Virus record (IMG/VR): IMGVR_UViG_3300045988_107637 | Span: 14,411 to 78,410 of that record | DNA: 64,000 nt | DNA from: a virus | Direction: 5' to 3' (one strand) | Part shown: in pieces, positions 8,501-16,624 of the stretch | Layout of the letters: every line of letters begins with the position of its first letter | Position numbering within the stretch: position 1 is the stretch's first letter | Translations under genes and position numbers: made by a program | Notes under the pieces: model-generated | Databases searched by the model: none | The model's input: only the letters and a program-made list of their open reading frames with translations | Told to the model about the DNA's origin: nothing

Positions 8501-10807
8501 AGTTCCTACGTTTACGACTAAACGCCAAAAGTAATGATTTGACACATTCTCATAAACTCCCTCCTTAATATTGAAGTCTTGTGCTAAAGCCATATCCCCA
8601 GCGCGGAAACGATTATCTAACGCTTCTGTGCCATCATCTTGATAGAAGTAACATCTCCAATAGTCCCAAACATTCTCGCCAGTCTTGTTACCTTCTTCGT
8701 CAAGTATATCATTTCTATCTTCTATCTTGATACATTCGATTGCACCACCGGGAGTAATCATTTGGCGACCTCCGATAACTCCGGTCTTGATAATCTCCAA
8801 AGCATAGAACATGGCTTTCATTCTTACTGTCAGATAATCAAGCTCTGCATGTGATTTTCCGTCTGTATCTGCATAGAATATACCGCCCGTACTTCCGGTC
8901 ACATAGCTACCGACTTTCAATCCACGCAAGAAAGTTATCATTCCTTGTGCGGTATCATCTTTAACTCTGCTGAGTTTTTTGTTCAGTTCGCCTACAATGT
9001 CAAGTCCATAAATAGCTTGTAACTGTGCTACTTGGCTTCCTAACTTACTAAGACCGTCAGCTATCTGTCCTATCTGATTTAGTACAATAGACACTTCGTC
9101 CGTTAAGGTAATATTATAAGTAGGAAGGGGATTTGTACCATATTGGATTGACATTTCCTTCACAGATAATTCCATAGCGTCCTCATTGTCTTTATACAAG
9201 AATCTGACAATAGTATTAGGCTTAATCTGCGCAAGAATTGCTTGGTTTGTTTCCAAGAAGTGTTCGTCGAAGCTCAAAGGATAGTCATACAAGGGCATAT
9301 TATTTTCAAGCATATATCTTTTCATGGCGACGTCCAAACGTTCTTGTGCCTTGTCTATATATGCTTGTGGCATTTCAATGTGCAATATGACAAACTTGTC
9401 GCCAGTTTTAACTTGCTGGAACTTGCTTGGCATTATCGTACCAAATGTATCTAAGTCCTTTGTCAGTTTAATAGTAATAGCTTGGTCTGTACTGTCTGGA
9501 TATTTAGCATAGTCCCTCTGTTCTCCATTTGGTTTGAATACAATGTTTCCAGCTTCATCAGTTACATAGAAGTTCTTTTTTACATCTTCCCAATCTACTG
9601 CTACCTCGTAGTTAGCTCCTAATGTGTCACCGGACTTCATGGAGAAGGTCATTCCACTTGTAACTGCTGCTTGTGCATATAAGTCAAAGCCAAGAGGATA
9701 AAGCGTCACATCAAAATACGACTGTCTAACCTCTCCCGTTTCGGGGTCAATATAATCATCCCAGCCACCTTCCGGTACTATTACTTCTTTGAACAAGTCA
9801 ATAGCTTGTCCCTTGTATGTCATACCTTTAATAGTAGGTTGTATGCTGGAAAATTCTTGGATATGGAATACTGGTGCAAGAGGATTGATAGGAGTAGGAT
9901 AGCTGCTATCTGCGTCATAGTAGTCAATGAGAGGTTCTTTAGAACCAAACAAGACTTTATTTCTAACTGCCTCTACATATACTGATGGCATTAACGTGTC
10001 ACGAGTATATGGGTGCTCAATGCGATTTCCGTCTGCATCTGTAATTATAGGATAGCCATACGGAATATTAATGTTGCTACCATATCCAGCAATACGAGTA
10101 ATGACCTTATTATTCTTTGGTGTGCAATCGTTGTTTTTCAGTCCTACACCTTGTCCGAATTTGAATATGTATGGCTTGTTTTCATCGTCGAGTATTTCCT
10201 TAGATGGCTTGCCAAACCAAATAGTATATCCATCAACTACAAATGGGACTTTCCATGTTTCGTATGCAGTCTTGCAAACGTCTGAAATAAATTGATTGCT
10301 GAATGATAACACATCACTCATTGTCCCATCATCTACAAATGTTGGCTGTAACTTGCAAGTCCATTTAGTTCCGACAAGACATGAGTTGATTTTTTGAACG
10401 AACATGCTTAATGTACCAATCCACGAGAAAGTTCGTTTTTCGCTGCGATAACTTTCCTCACTGCTACTAATAGCAATGTCAGTAAAGGGAATGTTGTACA
10501 ATTCAATCATTTCGTGGTAGAAAGTACAACTATACTTAGTCATTCCTTTAGCCTCACTATTTTCCGAAGTCATTCCTTTTCTAACAACTACGGGAGGATT
10601 TTTAAGTATGTACTTTATTCCTTTATACTCTACATATTCTTGCAGAGTAAACGAAAGTGAATTGTCTTTATAATAAAACTCTCCCTCTATCTTGTCATTT
10701 AACGACATAACAATAGTTGAGAAAGTGTGTTTTCTCAGACTGATGTCGTGGAAGGGAGTACCATCTTCATTGTATATATTCAGTATAGGGTTTACTTCGT
10801 TCGCCAT
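2534..10807 (-). CDS. giant tail fibre / tail-tip protein (2757 aa)
   Basis: Single ORF with an ATG start. Contains a ~150-aa coiled-coil module repeated about 2.5x (AQKAAEEAKK...FKDGIVD...), a glycine run (SGSGGGGGGG), an exact 108-aa tandem duplication, and a C-terminal SDIRLKKNI... chaperone-of-endosialidase-type domain followed by a coiled coil. Confidence 0.85.
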   Translation of the reverse strand: MANEVNPILNIYNEDGTPFHDISLRKHTFSTIVMSLNDKIEGEFYYKDNSLSFTLQEYVEYKGIKYILKNPPVVVRKGMTSENSEAKGMTKYSCTFYHEMIELYNIPFTDIAISSSEESYRSEKRTFSWIGTLSMFVQKINSCLVGTKWTCKLQPTFVDDGTMSDVLSFSNQFISDVCKTAYETWKVPFVVDGYTIWFGKPSKEILDDENKPYIFKFGQGVGLKNNDCTPKNNKVITRIAGYGSNINIPYGYPIITDADGNRIEHPYTRDTLMPSVYVEAVRNKVLFGSKEPLIDYYDADSSYPTPINPLAPVFHIQEFSSIQPTIKGMTYKGQAIDLFKEVIVPEGGWDDYIDPETGEVRQSYFDVTLYPLGFDLYAQAAVTSGMTFSMKSGDTLGANYEVAVDWEDVKKNFYVTDEAGNIVFKPNGEQRDYAKYPDSTDQAITIKLTKDLDTFGTIMPSKFQQVKTGDKFVILHIEMPQAYIDKAQERLDVAMKRYMLENNMPLYDYPLSFDEHFLETNQAILAQIKPNTIVRFLYKDNEDAMELSVKEMSIQYGTNPLPTYNITLTDEVSIVLNQIGQIADGLSKLGSQVAQLQAIYGLDIVGELNKKLSRVKDDTAQGMITFLRGLKVGSYVTGSTGGIFYADTDGKSHAELDYLTVRMKAMFYALEIIKTGVIGGRQMITPGGAIECIKIEDRNDILDEEGNKTGENVWDYWRCYFYQDDGTEALDNRFRAGDMALAQDFNIKEGVYENVSNHYFWRLVVNVGTNYIDISKTDADAASDAPRVGDTICQLGNKTFVDANGVTHVEDKTRQNAIIFSAVDTFSPSMTLYAGINSYSYLNKEYVSYGVDKTTNLAYMNVYGNSYIGARDKSSYMKFDTVTGVEIKGKLVTKSGKDVEETFNSFQDQIDGVKETWYGEYTPTLTNQPAVDWNTEALKKRHEGDVFTNIQEYVDDETTPDAGKSWRWVKTGDTWGWTQIADNDTSKAYLEAAKAQKAAEEAKKEANDAKQTVTNMKDFTDEAFKDGIVDRQEAAAIEKYLNSIKSIQKSVAESYSKVYANPLLSGTAKVELKTAYDGFNTATTELITAIDNAIADGVATSTEVALVDGRYDTFNTKYGDFIAYLNAANNFIQDKINTSAENAQKAAEEAKKTADAAKAAADNVAGAVEDLNQYVDGAFKDGIVDISEAQSIERYINIVNNTKSEVKATFDKLYANAYLAGEAKTGLNSSYTSLNAAITNLLNSINTAIADGKATEAEKTDVNAKYSAFNTAYASFNTAVETANKAIQDKLKTFADDAKALAESAKAEAEAAKQRLDKWAEDGVISPTEKQAIKDEIVRIDADKTNITAGYTLYSLGSPTGYLNAHSNYRAVLVTLSASTPENITIPSDFASKQSAYYNQRTAALNAISDAAKAAVDTVKKDLAGYEYLKKAWKESTTIEGGVIQNALNMLGYTDPVAGFKVMSGMNGVYDATKVGGGIASWYGGSMKDRADYTEANMPSDVAKAIIRMDGSGYLASGAVWWGTDGVFHADPQSFIIKENQLGDYVSLFQIVYRSGTPNTISYMIPQYPMQKLTVSNYIEIGTTGYRIGVDSANNAIKVYKEDGSAVNFYASGAVSAKGISSGSGGGGGGGLIQTVYGYSSLGGTFADSTLSDTFNAYTINKLASRISELEKNGGGGTGIAGIKVNSQTYVPDTSKYITLPNYPSTTITGTGNVLTNATYDNSTRVLTLTKGNIATTANHLERYAQITSTAIDTVSTFTASKTSVWEANGTAYGTTGANDTVLNIGSAANRLFQLRAAYNSDDFYFRGVGASSFRTWYRILHGGNYKEYTDALYVKKAGDEMTGRLQLKNAAEFSIRMQIDTPNYRRGIIWNNVASDTKIAEIGYQNNVQRIFLNPLGSTEVWNDAAGKYSFIIGNNFLTYNSWTILHSNNSTNYASGSVKVANTSADNINNTNRAGSSRVNFFDIYDLGSTMPETYGNIMEICSTRSNHWQPQLFFGGWANGNIFYRNKGFPQTGYGPWKQLIDSENYSSILNSTYVKKAGDTMTGDLVVGTGQITARIYSQWGGFSINISDSMTGGWERGYGANINNSSTPVKFGFYGNGQSVSYAYAGLYSNPWQKWNNNTSTISTELVVNKNIIGLNREFSLLSGEEHFQHRYWSSKGSYSYEVLLLLPIPATTNLGGLNTIDGTISGYTNGHNQCFWVDVKISTIYNTTFWNIKSISSFLSNQYVLKKCKYNDIWYYCIEIPYRDNRIDSYYFRGVIRSTIAGGLSTITLPYRIKYKTKANGNNAEVINNSEINSSLSTTLTQGGITEAYPIENTYYQNIKPHLSNSITSGTTDLRWKCVYSYNLDISSTSTFAGKATFNGGLSGSLSGNATTATTLQTGRTINGTTFNGSANITTSYWGTARTINGTSINGSTNYVTSYWGTSRTFYINDPSGAHYNSYSVNGSGNVNMYLPATMTGFSSITSTTFSGSLSGSLSGNATTATTLQTGRTINGTTFNGSANITTSYWGTARTINGTSINGSTNYVTSYWGTSRTFYINDPSGAHYNSYSVNGSGNVNMYLPATMTGFSSITSTTFSGSLSGNASSASTATKLTTARTIWGQSFNGTANVSGSLTGVASITASGNITAAGAITAKSSSSDIRLKKNIKEYNALDIINKLKSVKYYWNDTAKANSPIFNDNEEHYGLIAQDLLKNGYSQWVSNCFKDYYVIQYERLIPVLWRGIQQVDNEVATLKKKIATLEKELSSVKRQLSL
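2558..2575 (+). terminator. weak hairpin plus T-run at the convergent 3' ends of the two fibre C-terminal exons
   Basis: AGAAC-TAA-GTTCT followed by TTTTT. The stop codon of the plus-strand cassette lies in the loop. The stem is only 5 bp. Confidence 0.3.
3051..3707. repeat. exact 324-bp tandem duplication (2 copies plus 9 bp) inside the fibre gene
   Basis: 3051-3374 and 3375-3698 read identical base for base, and 3699-3707 starts a third unit. Encodes SGSLSGNATTATTLQTGRTING...TSTTFSG twice. Confidence 0.9.
3734..3751. repeat. inverted repeat IR-R of the fibre invertible segment
   Basis: AAAAGTACTTGTAGAACT is the reverse complement of 1528-1545. Lies in fibre codons 2353-2358. Confidence 0.8.
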
Positions 10808-11175
10808 CTTACATAATATTTAATTCCGATTATTCCTATGATTGCTGCATTAATTAGTAAAAGCCACCAGCACCATGATGGAACATGCTTCTTAATGACT
10901 TCTTTCTCCTTAATGACTTCTTTCTCTTGATATATAGTATCATTCTGTATGACTGTTCTGTCTATGTACTTGATTTTTTCAATATACTTAGTATTAAAAA
11001 CAGTATCGCCTTTTTGAATAACAGAAAAATAGATACTATCTCTTGTGTGTACTGTTAAAGTGTCATGCCGTTCTTTGATAATCTCTTTTATTTCTGTATT
11101 TTTCTCCAAGTCTTTTGCAGTTCGGCATGAAAACAAAAGAGGCAAAAGGATTATTAGGAGAAGAACCTTTTTCAT
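10792..11175 (-). CDS. unimolecular spanin candidate (u-spanin)
   Basis: N-terminal lipoprotein signal with lipobox (MKKVLLLIILLPLLFSC) plus a C-terminal TM helix (WCWWLLLINAAIIGIIGIKYYV). The start overlaps the endolysin stop. Confidence 0.6.
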   Translation of the reverse strand: MKKVLLLIILLPLLFSCRTAKDLEKNTEIKEIIKERHDTLTVHTRDSIYFSVIQKGDTVFNTKYIEKIKYIDRTVIQNDTIYQEKEVIKEKEVIKKHVPSWCWWLLLINAAIIGIIGIKYYVRWRTK

Positions 11176-11612
11176 CCTTTGAAATAGGTTACTTTGCCAT
11201 TACTTCCATCAGTACGTACATCTAAGTGTACCCAAGTGACATCTTGTTCCAAGCGTACCGGATAAGGAAGAAGTATCTGATTTGCCTTAATCCAATTACG
11301 AACTTCCAAGGCGGTCATTCCCTTCACATCAAAGTCCAGTGCAGTTCCTTGCAGATGTGCAGATACATATACCTTCTCCAATCGGGTCTTTTCAGCTACT
11401 AATTGGCATACATTACAACGAAGTCCTCTTTGCGTTAGACCTCCTCCCGAATGCCAAGTATTGACAGTTATAGGCTTACCAAGCTTTTCTCGTATGACGC
11501 ATATTGTTTCAAGCAATCGTGGGTCAAAAAACGTCCAAGCCATTTCTCCAAACTTGTTATATACATGCTTGCATACAAGCTCTTTGATATTAAAATAGTT
11601 CTTTATATTCAT
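11172..11612 (-). CDS. endolysin, peptidase M15 family (L-alanyl-D-glutamate / VanY-like)
   Basis: SAHLQGTALD (SxHxxGxAxD) and a downstream WVHLD metal-ligand motif. AAGGAGG lies upstream of the ATG. Sits in the lysis cassette. Confidence 0.75.
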   Translation of the reverse strand: MNIKNYFNIKELVCKHVYNKFGEMAWTFFDPRLLETICVIREKLGKPITVNTWHSGGGLTQRGLRCNVCQLVAEKTRLEKVYVSAHLQGTALDFDVKGMTALEVRNWIKANQILLPYPVRLEQDVTWVHLDVRTDGSNGKVTYFKG

Positions 11613-11614
11613 TT

Positions 11615-12007
11615 TCAGTCCTCCTTCTTTTCATTCTTTTCACAGCCTCTACATTCTTCACATTCATGTGCCATATCAAACTTTGCTTGCTTTAACAGCA
11701 CCGGACATTCTTCGCTTGGTACTTTGCAAATGTATGCTTGCCGTATAGAGATAACTTTTTCTTCATACTTTTTTTTCAGTTCTGAAAGGTCGTTTTCAAT
11801 ACGGGTTACTTCCTTGTTCACATACGTCTGTATGTTACTGTAGCTTTTCTCCATTATTGATATTGACTTTTCAAGGTTCGTAATCTCAACTGTCCGAGCC
11901 TCTGCCATCGCTTTCTTGCGAGAAGGTTTCATATTTACAAGTGAAACTATTCCACCTAAGAAACCTCCTCCTCCAAGTATTGATACTAAAATCTGCGTCC
12001 AATCCAT
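11615..12007 (-). CDS. holin or i-spanin-like membrane protein
   Basis: One N-terminal TM (ILVSILGGGGFLGGIVSLV), then a coiled coil and a Cys-rich acidic tail. Immediately upstream of the endolysin. Confidence 0.45.
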   Translation of the reverse strand: MDWTQILVSILGGGGFLGGIVSLVNMKPSRKKAMAEARTVEITNLEKSISIMEKSYSNIQTYVNKEVTRIENDLSELKKKYEEKVISIRQAYICKVPSEECPVLLKQAKFDMAHECEECRGCEKNEKKED

Positions 12008-12019
12008 GATATTGTTATT

Positions 12020-13549
12020 TTAAACGTTGCTACTGTAAGTAGTTTTATTAGGAGTTTCGATAATCTCTGTATTGTTGTTCTTGCTTATCCGTTCAGCTTT
12101 TTCAGCTTGCTTGATAGCATCTTCTTGCATTTGCTTCTTTTCTCTTTCCACTCGGTCAAGTTCATCCGGTGCAGAGGACGGAGATTCTTCAATCAAGGTC
12201 TGTCGGGAAATCCATTTAGATTCCATAGCTAAGTTGGTAATCTTAGTATTGTTGGTTTCCATGCTCCAAATATTCAGCTTGGCTTTAATCTTCAAATCTG
12301 TATAAGCATTAGTCTGGTCTTCTTCCAATCCTAACATCTCTTGGAAAAGATAGGTTATTTCATTGATAGAATCAGACCAATCGGCAACACTTTGAGTAGC
12401 CAGTGCAATATCATTACGCATAGACAATGCAATACCGTTGCCACCGCTTCCAGTATTAGTGATATCTTTTGGAGTGATAAAGCTGACAGATGAAGCGATT
12501 GAAACTTGTTCCAGCAAATATTCTAAATAGGCAATCATACTTTCTGGCTCTGGGAACTCCAAAGTCTTTGCTTCTGTCTTGTAGCTTGAACCTTCGTCTG
12601 CCGGGAGATTGATAACTAATGTGCCGTTATCTCGTTTGAAACTGTCTTCATTCATTTCCCCTTTTAAGACTAATCCCCAAGTACCAAACCGCTTTAATGT
12701 CACAGCATGTATATTTGTAAGCAATTCAATTATCTCAATTATACTTTGAGAATATTCCCAAGCTACTTTGCCTCTATGGTAGACAAGAGGATTACGACTA
12801 AATCCATGAAGAATCCTTTCAGTAACCCATCCATTATTGGTAGGTTCTCCTTCTTTGCTTCGTATTGAACGATAAAGGTACTTATCATCGAATGTATCAA
12901 TGACTTCTGTCAAATCATCTATCTTATAAAATAAGGAGCGTGAAATTTCTTCCCCATATTCATTATAGTTGGGTATGACAGAATATCCATCATCATAGGA
13001 GTAGACTTTAACTGTTCCCTTTTTCTTTATAGGGTCAAATTTGAATAGTACGCCAGCATCGCCAACTTTCTTTTGCTTGGATATTAGTTCGTACTTGATT
13101 TGCTCCATATTTCTCATATTCCATTCCAGCTTGAAATTCTGAAACTTCTTGCTGATGGTATCGTTCTTCTCTATATTACAGAGATTAAAAGAAATAGGAT
13201 TAGCAGTAAGATGAAGAACATGTGCCGCATGAATATTCTTTTGCAAAGAAACTGTCAGCACAAGTTCATCTATGACTATATCAGTATCTCCAACTCTGAC
13301 TGCAATCTTAGGAATTGAATTATTATACTTTATATTGTGTAGAGAAGGGTCGTACTCTCTCAGATAGAGGTCTTGTGAAACCTCTTGCAATGTCAAATCG
13401 CTCAACTGGGCAGTTGATTTTTGGTTAAGTGTAACATCACCAATATAAGTTTTGCACGACTGAAATTTTCCACCTCTTGTAAAAGGCTTCTTCAACAACA
13501 GCCGCGTTGGTTCTGACAAATACCAATCAATGTTTTTTCTCGTTATCAT
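12020..13549 (-). CDS. portal protein
   Basis: 509-aa ORF starting 2 nt after the terL stop. Size and position are canonical and the C-terminus is acidic. No motif-level proof. Confidence 0.6.
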   Translation of the reverse strand: MITRKNIDWYLSEPTRLLLKKPFTRGGKFQSCKTYIGDVTLNQKSTAQLSDLTLQEVSQDLYLREYDPSLHNIKYNNSIPKIAVRVGDTDIVIDELVLTVSLQKNIHAAHVLHLTANPISFNLCNIEKNDTISKKFQNFKLEWNMRNMEQIKYELISKQKKVGDAGVLFKFDPIKKKGTVKVYSYDDGYSVIPNYNEYGEEISRSLFYKIDDLTEVIDTFDDKYLYRSIRSKEGEPTNNGWVTERILHGFSRNPLVYHRGKVAWEYSQSIIEIIELLTNIHAVTLKRFGTWGLVLKGEMNEDSFKRDNGTLVINLPADEGSSYKTEAKTLEFPEPESMIAYLEYLLEQVSIASSVSFITPKDITNTGSGGNGIALSMRNDIALATQSVADWSDSINEITYLFQEMLGLEEDQTNAYTDLKIKAKLNIWSMETNNTKITNLAMESKWISRQTLIEESPSSAPDELDRVEREKKQMQEDAIKQAEKAERISKNNNTEIIETPNKTTYSSNV

Positions 13550-13550
13550 T

Positions 13551-16346
13551 TTATATGCTGCTTAAAATTTTCAATATCTTATCTGAATTAGTAATCTTTC
13601 CTCTTTCCCTTGTTGGTTGTGCAGTACCATTTACTTGGTTCATTATATCTTCAAGAGATAATTTCCTTCTCAATTCTCCACCAGTAGCACCAGCCAATTC
13701 CCTATAACAGTCATAACACAATCCCCCACAAAGCATAATGATATTGTCTGTAAGGTCGGGAGAAAAGCCTTTTATCAGAGCATGTTGCTCCTTCTTTCCT
13801 TCAAACTGTATTCGTCCCGAAGGCAAACGTTTAAATTTGAATATTCTGCTCTCAAACTGCATTTGTTTTAAGACAGTAGTAGAACCTTCACGCTTTAGCT
13901 TCTGATGTGTATATCTCATTTTAGCAAGCTGTCTGTCATAGGTTATCAATCCAGCCTTTATCATTTGGGTAGCAAGGTGTGCAGCTTCATCCTTAAATCT
14001 TTCATACAACTTCTTTCCTTTAGCAGTTGCGGCAATCGCTCCGGAGAATGCGACACCTCCACCGTTTGCTGATACAAGATTGAAAATCTCTTTTAAGAAA
14101 CCGTTACCTTGCACATCAATGATTAGCTCTTTATCAGTCAATCCATGCTTAACCATAAACTGCTTAATCATCTTTACAGCTTCAAGATTAGAGTTTTTCA
14201 TGCAATATTGTATATCGTCACAATGGAAACCTACCCAATGCTTCATTACAAAGTTATCCTCCCCAGTAGTTGCCATATCCACGGTAATACGCTCCTTCTT
14301 GCATTTACATGGAGAAACATGAGTAAACATATTGAGAATATCATCCTCTGTCACTTCGGAAAGATTATCTTCTTCTTCTTCTTTTTCGTCTTGTATAGAG
14401 AAATTCCAATTAGGTTCATACATTGAATCTGCAAGCACAGATGTTGCAGCCATAGCGCGATAACCTTTGTTTGCTTTAAGCATAGCTTGGTTATCCCTCA
14501 CATCAAAAGTAAAGAATACCATGCTCATAATAAAGTCCTCATAAGACATATCCGGGTCAATCTGCAAAAGGTTATCTATAATGTCTTTGCATTTAGAATA
14601 AACCTCTTCCTTAGTATTTCCCCAATAGACTTCATCCAAGTTACCCTTTACAATGTGGAAGAACCGAACAACTCCATTCATTTCTTTAATGGGTTTTCCA
14701 TCATCTCCAATCCAGCCCCCACCATTCTTGCCACAACCGCATAGCTTACGTATGAAGCATTCACGTTCCGGATTTTGGGCAAGATATATTTGGGCTTTAC
14801 CCTTAGTGTTCGCACGCAGACGGGTTTGACAAGAAGAAATAGTCCTCCATTCAAATTTATTGCATTCCTCAAATATGGCTTTCTTGAACTGCAATCCTTT
14901 GAATATCTTATCTATTACGGTAGGACTTTCATTATTCAATTGTTGGAATTTAATTTCTGAACCATTGAAAAACTTAATACCCATATCATCTTGAACCTTA
15001 ATGACTTCTCCAATAGGTTCTCTTGGCTGTATTCTGAAACGTCTGTCAATAAGCGGATATATTTCCTTAAGACCGTCTACCACCTTGCCAGCATCAAAAA
15101 AGTCGCCAACATTACGCATGAACCATACAGATTTTGCTCCTTGGTTATCATATAGATATGAAATTGGAGCATAGCCTAATGTAAATGTATTATGTGTAAC
15201 GATATAGTCTGATGTAATATACAACTTATCTTTATCGCTAACTGATATACATGCACATTCCATATCACCCACATATTCAATTGACGTTATTCGTATATGG
15301 TCTTTGTAATAGGAATAGGCATTGTTCTTTTGGTATTTTTCAATATTCTCATAATATCGGGACAGATGCTTCTTACTGCTGAAAATGATGTCATTTGTCT
15401 GTATCGAGATTTTATAGCATACACCAGATAAGTATTTAGTCCTCTTCTCCCTATTGGCTGACGCAACATATCCCAAGCTTCTGCATAACTCTAAAAAGTC
15501 ATCTTTCAGCTTTTCACTTGTCGTAGAGAAAGTAAATCTGTTCTTAGCTTCTACATTGCCATCAGAATCCATCAATCCCTTTAAAAGCTCTAATCTCTGC
15601 TCTTTGGATGAAGAAAGATATTCTTTAGGAATGTACCTGTTTCTTGAATAGTCCAACAAGCCGACACTACGTAGGTATTCGACCGCTTTTGAAGTACTCT
15701 CATTGAGATATATCCTATTCGTATAATTGTACGAAGCATGAACTTTGTAGTCAGATTTCAAGAGACCTGCGCATTTTTCAATTATGTCTTCTTCGTCATT
15801 GCATATCAGAAGGCTGTTTTTAGCTTTCGCTCCATCTCCAATATAAATTCCGAGGACATAAGGAGGTACGTCAAACTCTTTTTCTACTCCTTTGAAAGAC
15901 TTCGGAATAGGCAGATAAATATCCTTTCCCAAAGACAGATATTCGTCAATTAACTGTTTGGTAGTCTTTATATAATGAGTTTCCTTACCTTTTCTTGTGT
16001 TGATTATCATTTTTTTAGTACGTACATACCACAAATGTTCTAACCCACACAAGACACTTCTTCCATCAGAAGTCTTTAGACGATATGTAGGATTAATCCC
16101 TTGTGGGAAATATCCCGTCACATAGGATGTTTCATTATGGAAAGGGGACACAAGTTTATCACCAACTTTAATATCTTTCAGTTTCTTCCATCCATTTGGA
16201 GTTAAGATTGGCTCATCCACAGACAGTTGCTTGCCACCACCACCACTACCAGTAAGCACAACATAGTCAGCATTGCTTCGGATAGCTTCATATTGGCAAC
16301 CCGGCAATGGACTAACAATTTTGTCTTTCTGTATTTTCTCGCTCAT
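13551..16346 (-). CDS. terL: terminase large subunit, interrupted by an intein
   Basis: The Walker A is split: ...VVLTGSGGGGK | 347-aa insert | TFTLGYAP... which becomes GSGGGGKT after excision. The extein is 584 aa. Adjacent to the portal gene. Confidence 0.8.
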   Translation of the reverse strand: MSEKIQKDKIVSPLPGCQYEAIRSNADYVVLTGSGGGGKQLSVDEPILTPNGWKKLKDIKVGDKLVSPFHNETSYVTGYFPQGINPTYRLKTSDGRSVLCGLEHLWYVRTKKMIINTRKGKETHYIKTTKQLIDEYLSLGKDIYLPIPKSFKGVEKEFDVPPYVLGIYIGDGAKAKNSLLICNDEEDIIEKCAGLLKSDYKVHASYNYTNRIYLNESTSKAVEYLRSVGLLDYSRNRYIPKEYLSSSKEQRLELLKGLMDSDGNVEAKNRFTFSTTSEKLKDDFLELCRSLGYVASANREKRTKYLSGVCYKISIQTNDIIFSSKKHLSRYYENIEKYQKNNAYSYYKDHIRITSIEYVGDMECACISVSDKDKLYITSDYIVTHNTFTLGYAPISYLYDNQGAKSVWFMRNVGDFFDAGKVVDGLKEIYPLIDRRFRIQPREPIGEVIKVQDDMGIKFFNGSEIKFQQLNNESPTVIDKIFKGLQFKKAIFEECNKFEWRTISSCQTRLRANTKGKAQIYLAQNPERECFIRKLCGCGKNGGGWIGDDGKPIKEMNGVVRFFHIVKGNLDEVYWGNTKEEVYSKCKDIIDNLLQIDPDMSYEDFIMSMVFFTFDVRDNQAMLKANKGYRAMAATSVLADSMYEPNWNFSIQDEKEEEEDNLSEVTEDDILNMFTHVSPCKCKKERITVDMATTGEDNFVMKHWVGFHCDDIQYCMKNSNLEAVKMIKQFMVKHGLTDKELIIDVQGNGFLKEIFNLVSANGGGVAFSGAIAATAKGKKLYERFKDEAAHLATQMIKAGLITYDRQLAKMRYTHQKLKREGSTTVLKQMQFESRIFKFKRLPSGRIQFEGKKEQHALIKGFSPDLTDNIIMLCGGLCYDCYRELAGATGGELRRKLSLEDIMNQVNGTAQPTRERGKITNSDKILKILSSI
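15189..16229 (-). mobile_element. intein (347 aa) with embedded LAGLIDADG homing endonuclease, class-3-like
   Basis: Ends ...YIVTHN followed by a +1 Thr. Starts with Gln rather than Cys/Ser. Trp in block B (GLEHLW), Cys in block F (ECACISV) and Thr before HN match the WCT pattern. LAGLIDADG motifs are LGIYIGDGA and LKGLMDSDGN. Confidence 0.75.
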
Positions 16347-16358
16347 AATGGTTCTTTA

Positions 16359-16492
16359 GGCGCTTATATCCAAGTTTACACTTGAATAACTTGACGTTTC
16401 ATCGGACCACTACTTCTTAGGGAGCTTGTGCTCCGTTCGTCCATAGTTGGATTCTCACCGTCCAATCCCCGATGCGCCATCGGTTGGGTTAA
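16359..16492 (-). ncRNA. structured leader RNA, copy 1 (upstream of terL)
   Basis: Homologous to the copies at 17378, 20751, 21322 and 37165. Ends 12 nt before the terL ATG. Terminal hairpin UUCAAG-UGUAAA-CUUGGA. Confidence 0.75.
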
Positions 16493-16506
16493 TACTATTT
16501 TTTAGG

Positions 16507-16553
16507 TGTAGCTTGGTTATCGCTACATTGGCATTTGTTTATAAAAAGCTAAG
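16507..16553 (-). promoter_or_regulatory. conserved box TTAGCTTTTTATAAA-N-GCCAATGTAGCGA(A/T)AACCAAGCTAC (candidate phage late promoter plus hairpin)
   Basis: Near-identical boxes at 20693-20736 (+) and 37319-37363 (-), each 14-22 nt upstream of a leader copy. Hairpin GTAGC-N9-GCTAC. Confidence 0.45.
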
Positions 16554-16624
16554 TGATACTTTGTAGATAAATACCGTTCTCTTTTTTTCTACAAATATAC
16601 GCATTCTATGCTTCACTATGTACC

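Noticed and set aside
11451-11843. 130-aa plus-strand ORF across the endolysin/holin junction, with similar plus-strand ORFs inside terL, portal and the fibre gene
   Set aside because: They are antisense to well-supported late genes. They are shadow ORFs typical of AT-rich sequence.
16227-16229. Intein judged defective because its first residue is Gln rather than Cys or Ser
   Set aside because: The Trp (block B), Cys (block F) and Thr (block G) combination fits the class 3 mechanism, which does not need a position-1 nucleophile. I therefore did not call terL a pseudogene.
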